From assembly GCA_043228905.1 (NCBI GenBank), contig JBHGNT010000008.1:3906001-3970000 (forward strand): 64,000 nucleotides of DNA, in the 5' to 3' direction. Numbering within the stretch: the first letter of the stretch is position 1; each line of letters starts with the position of its first letter. A model generated the notes under the pieces. That model was given only the letters and a program-made list of their open reading frames with translations, had not been told where the DNA came from and searched no databases. This stretch comes from Azolla caroliniana (lineage: Eukaryota; Plantae; Polypodiophyta). Both the position numbers and the translations under genes were made by a program. Below are positions 61,310 to 64,000 of this stretch, piece after piece.

Positions 61310-64000
61310 TGTCGTGAAGAAAACCATCCACAAGCGGAATCGGTGCACCGGAGCGTAGGAACCGGCTCTTCATGAACGTACGCCTTATGTTGTACATAGA
61401 AGATCCTAGGTAGGTAGATTCGGTAGGTAGGAAGTTAATGGGAAACGGCTCCTTCCTTGCCTATAAAAGAAGGAAGACGAGGAGGGGGTGAGGGATCGCG
61501 AATAGTCGAGGACGAAGTGCTGTCAGTTTGTGGGCGGAGGCTTCTCTCTCTCTCTCTCGCTCGTAGACTCCGTAGCTTCTGGCTGTGCAGGTTTCAGGAG
61601 GCTCGCGCTACTCTGAGGAATGCCCGAGTGCTTCCGGAAGCACCTCCAACCTACTCTTTCCTTTCTGTGCGTTTACGAACAGGCATCGGCATCTGTTCGC
61701 CGGCCTGTTCGGTTGTAACCGACTTCGTGATTTTTGCTGTTTGTTTGTTAATATATACATTTACATACATTCGTGTCTCTCTGTGTCGGTGTCCCACTCG
61801 CGTCTTTGTGTCGAAGGGCCGTGTCCCTGTGAATCAACGCTCGCACGTAGTGGGTCCCCTCCCTTCTCCTTTCTCTCATGCTCTTCGGTACAAGACCCCT
61901 GAGGTCCCGCCTCATTCCACGCATCCGCGAGGGATACCTCGACATCTTGGTGAACCCGACGTGAAGGAGGCGGCAGAAGAGCAGAAGATGAAAGGGTCGG
62001 ATCTTGCGGAGGCCATGGCTTCGGCCGTGGATCGGATATTGAGTGCACGCGAGGGCTCCGGCGCCCTCGACAGAGCCATTGAGGCGGTCGTCGGTACGAT
62101 CGGCCGGTTTAGCGGAAAGGATGCCACGAAGTATTTTGCGTCCTACGAGGCAGAAATGTTGATGCGGGACATTCCGGAAGAGAGGCGTCTTGCCGGGTTC
62201 CCTCGAGTGGCGATGCCGAGCATCCATGCGGATGTGCTCGAGGTGCGGGCCGAGAGCCGTACCTGGGAGGAGTTCGAAGGTCGACTCCTAGAAAAATACG
62301 GGTTGGACGACGCGTTCCGGCATTCGAAACGGGACTTCATGGAGTGGGTGGAGTTCCCCGGCAAGGGAAGAAGCGCGTTGGCACTCCTCCGGGAGTTTGA
62401 AGAACGCTTTGCGCGCCTTTCGGCGCTTGACCGAACCGTTCTGGATACGAGTCGGGTCCTACTGTTCGTCAAGTCGGTGGACGAGCGGGACCGGGATCAA
62501 GTCGGCTCCTTGCTGGAGACCGAAGACGGGCTGACAACCGACTGGGCTGCGGTTAAGAGAGTCTGTGGCCGTTTCGACAAACGGCGAGAATGGGCTGATG
62601 ACGGGGCGGCCGGTGCGGGCTCTGTCACAGCAAGGAGGCTTGAACCGGCACCGCAAGGGCGACGGGAAGAAGCCCGGGAGTGGCTCGAAACCGGTTCGGC
62701 TTCGACCGGCATGATCAATGGCTTGTCCGGAGGAGCAGCGCTGGAGGAGTTGATGCGGGCGATAAAGGATCTCCAGATCGCCCAGACTCGAAGGGAAGAC
62801 GGCGAACCGGCTCGTGACCGACGGCCGGCAGCCGGGAACAGGTGCATGTGGTGCGACGAGGTCGGCCACATTCGGAAGGACTGCGGCGATTTCGCTGAGG
62901 CGTTGAGGAACCGGGTGGTGTACCTGTGGGAAGTCCGGGTGCACGCCGGCGATACCAGAAGGGCCCTAAACCGAAACGACGAGCGAGGAGGTATGAAGAG
63001 ACTGATGGAAGAGGCAGCGGCCCGACACGTGGAGGCCATCCACTACTCGGCGTCAGCCGGTATTCGGGTCGGGGGCAGCGAGGCCCGAAAGGAGAGCAAG
63101 GACGGGTTCTGGTCGGCAATGTTGGAAGGCCTCGCCGGCGCACGACTGAGGAAAGATGAAGCGGACTGCGCCGAGAGACGGGTCCGGGAAATAACCGGGT
63201 GGAGCGACCCGGTCGAGGAGAAGAAGGGCTTCGTAGAAGCCGCCTGCCGGAACTACGAGGCGCTGGTAGAGGACAAACGAGTGGGGAAAGCCGAAGCAGC
63301 CGGGCCCTCACAGCGATACGAGACCCGATTCGGGCAACGACGGAACGAAGCCGATGGGTCCAGCGCGCAAGATAACCCCAGGAAGGGCGGATACCGATTG
63401 GGGACAGAAATAGAAAGGACCACGGACCTACGAAAGGTCCTAGAAGAACGGATCCTCGACAGCAAAGTGGAGCTGTCATTACGGGAGGTGCTAGGGATTG
63501 CCAAGAAGGAGTTCCACGACTCCATTGTGGACTTGGTAAAGCGGAAGAGGCTGTCGACGGAGACAGAACCGGAAAGACCGGTGGAGGTGCGGACGACGCA
63601 CATCGACGACTTGGTGCTGGAAGATGAGTGGGCGGAGAGCCAGTATTCGAGGCCACACTGGGCCCCAGCAACCACGGAGACCCCGGTAAAGATCGGAGAT
63701 GTTCAAGAACCGGTGGTGGCGCTGGTGGACCACGGTTCGGAAATAAACCTGATGTCCATGGACTTCTATAAGAAGGGAAAGTGGCCGATCAACACCAAGC
63801 ACGGGTGGAAGATACGGGCGGCGACGTGCGCCACCGAGGAACTGCACGGGGCCTACCCGAACGTGCGAGTCAAGATCGGCGACTTCGAGATTGACCAGCA
63901 CTTCTTCGTACAGGAGACGTCCTCGCACCCGGTCATATTAGGGGAACCATACATCACGGCGGCGTGAATGGAGACCAAGGTGCTGGACAACGGTTCGGCC
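61310..64000 (+). mobile_element. Element L: Trp-PBS gypsy (K-like), runs off the window
   Basis: LTR TGTCGTGAAG 61310-61944, PBS 61948-61965, inserted after ACGT in the 5' LTR of I. Confidence 0.9.
61988..64000 (+). pseudogene. Gag-protease of L with a premature TGA at 63965
   Basis: MKGSDLAE start, CMWCDEVGHIRKDC, LVDHGSEIN. ITAA*METK here versus ITAARMETK in K. Confidence 0.85.

Noticed and set aside
61457-61987. N-terminal extension of L Gag (also 44347-44433 in J)
   Set aside because: Starts inside the LTR upstream of the PBS (non-ATG start in L); K and N Gag begin at the ATG after the PBS.

Overview
This is eukaryotic, almost certainly land-plant, heterochromatin-like DNA; the species cannot be determined. 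It is made almost entirely of nested transposable elements, with no recognisable host housekeeping gene. Positions 1-5837 hold the right part of a Sola2-like DDD DNA transposon: the transposase, a 1.3-kb palindromic AGCTAATTAGCT array, and a convergent five-exon gene for a 446-aa coiled-coil/RING-like protein that the ORF track misses. The rest is two nests of LTR retrotransposons (my labels). Left nest: copia E > gypsy C > (B > chromovirus-like A and a solo LTR; D). Right nest: chromovirus I > solo LTR M > N > J, with K and L also inside I. Deleted copia elements F and G and a possible Helitron end lie between the nests. The most notable signal is one Ty3/gypsy lineage (B, C, J, K, L, M, N). 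It has TGTCGT...GACA LTRs, a tRNA-Trp primer-binding site, 4-bp target duplications always centred on CpG, and a conserved G-GAU-UUU plus pseudoknot -1 frameshift placed after the protease. J is young and intact. Coordinates were read by eye and may be off by a few bases; family names come from motif recall, not database searches.
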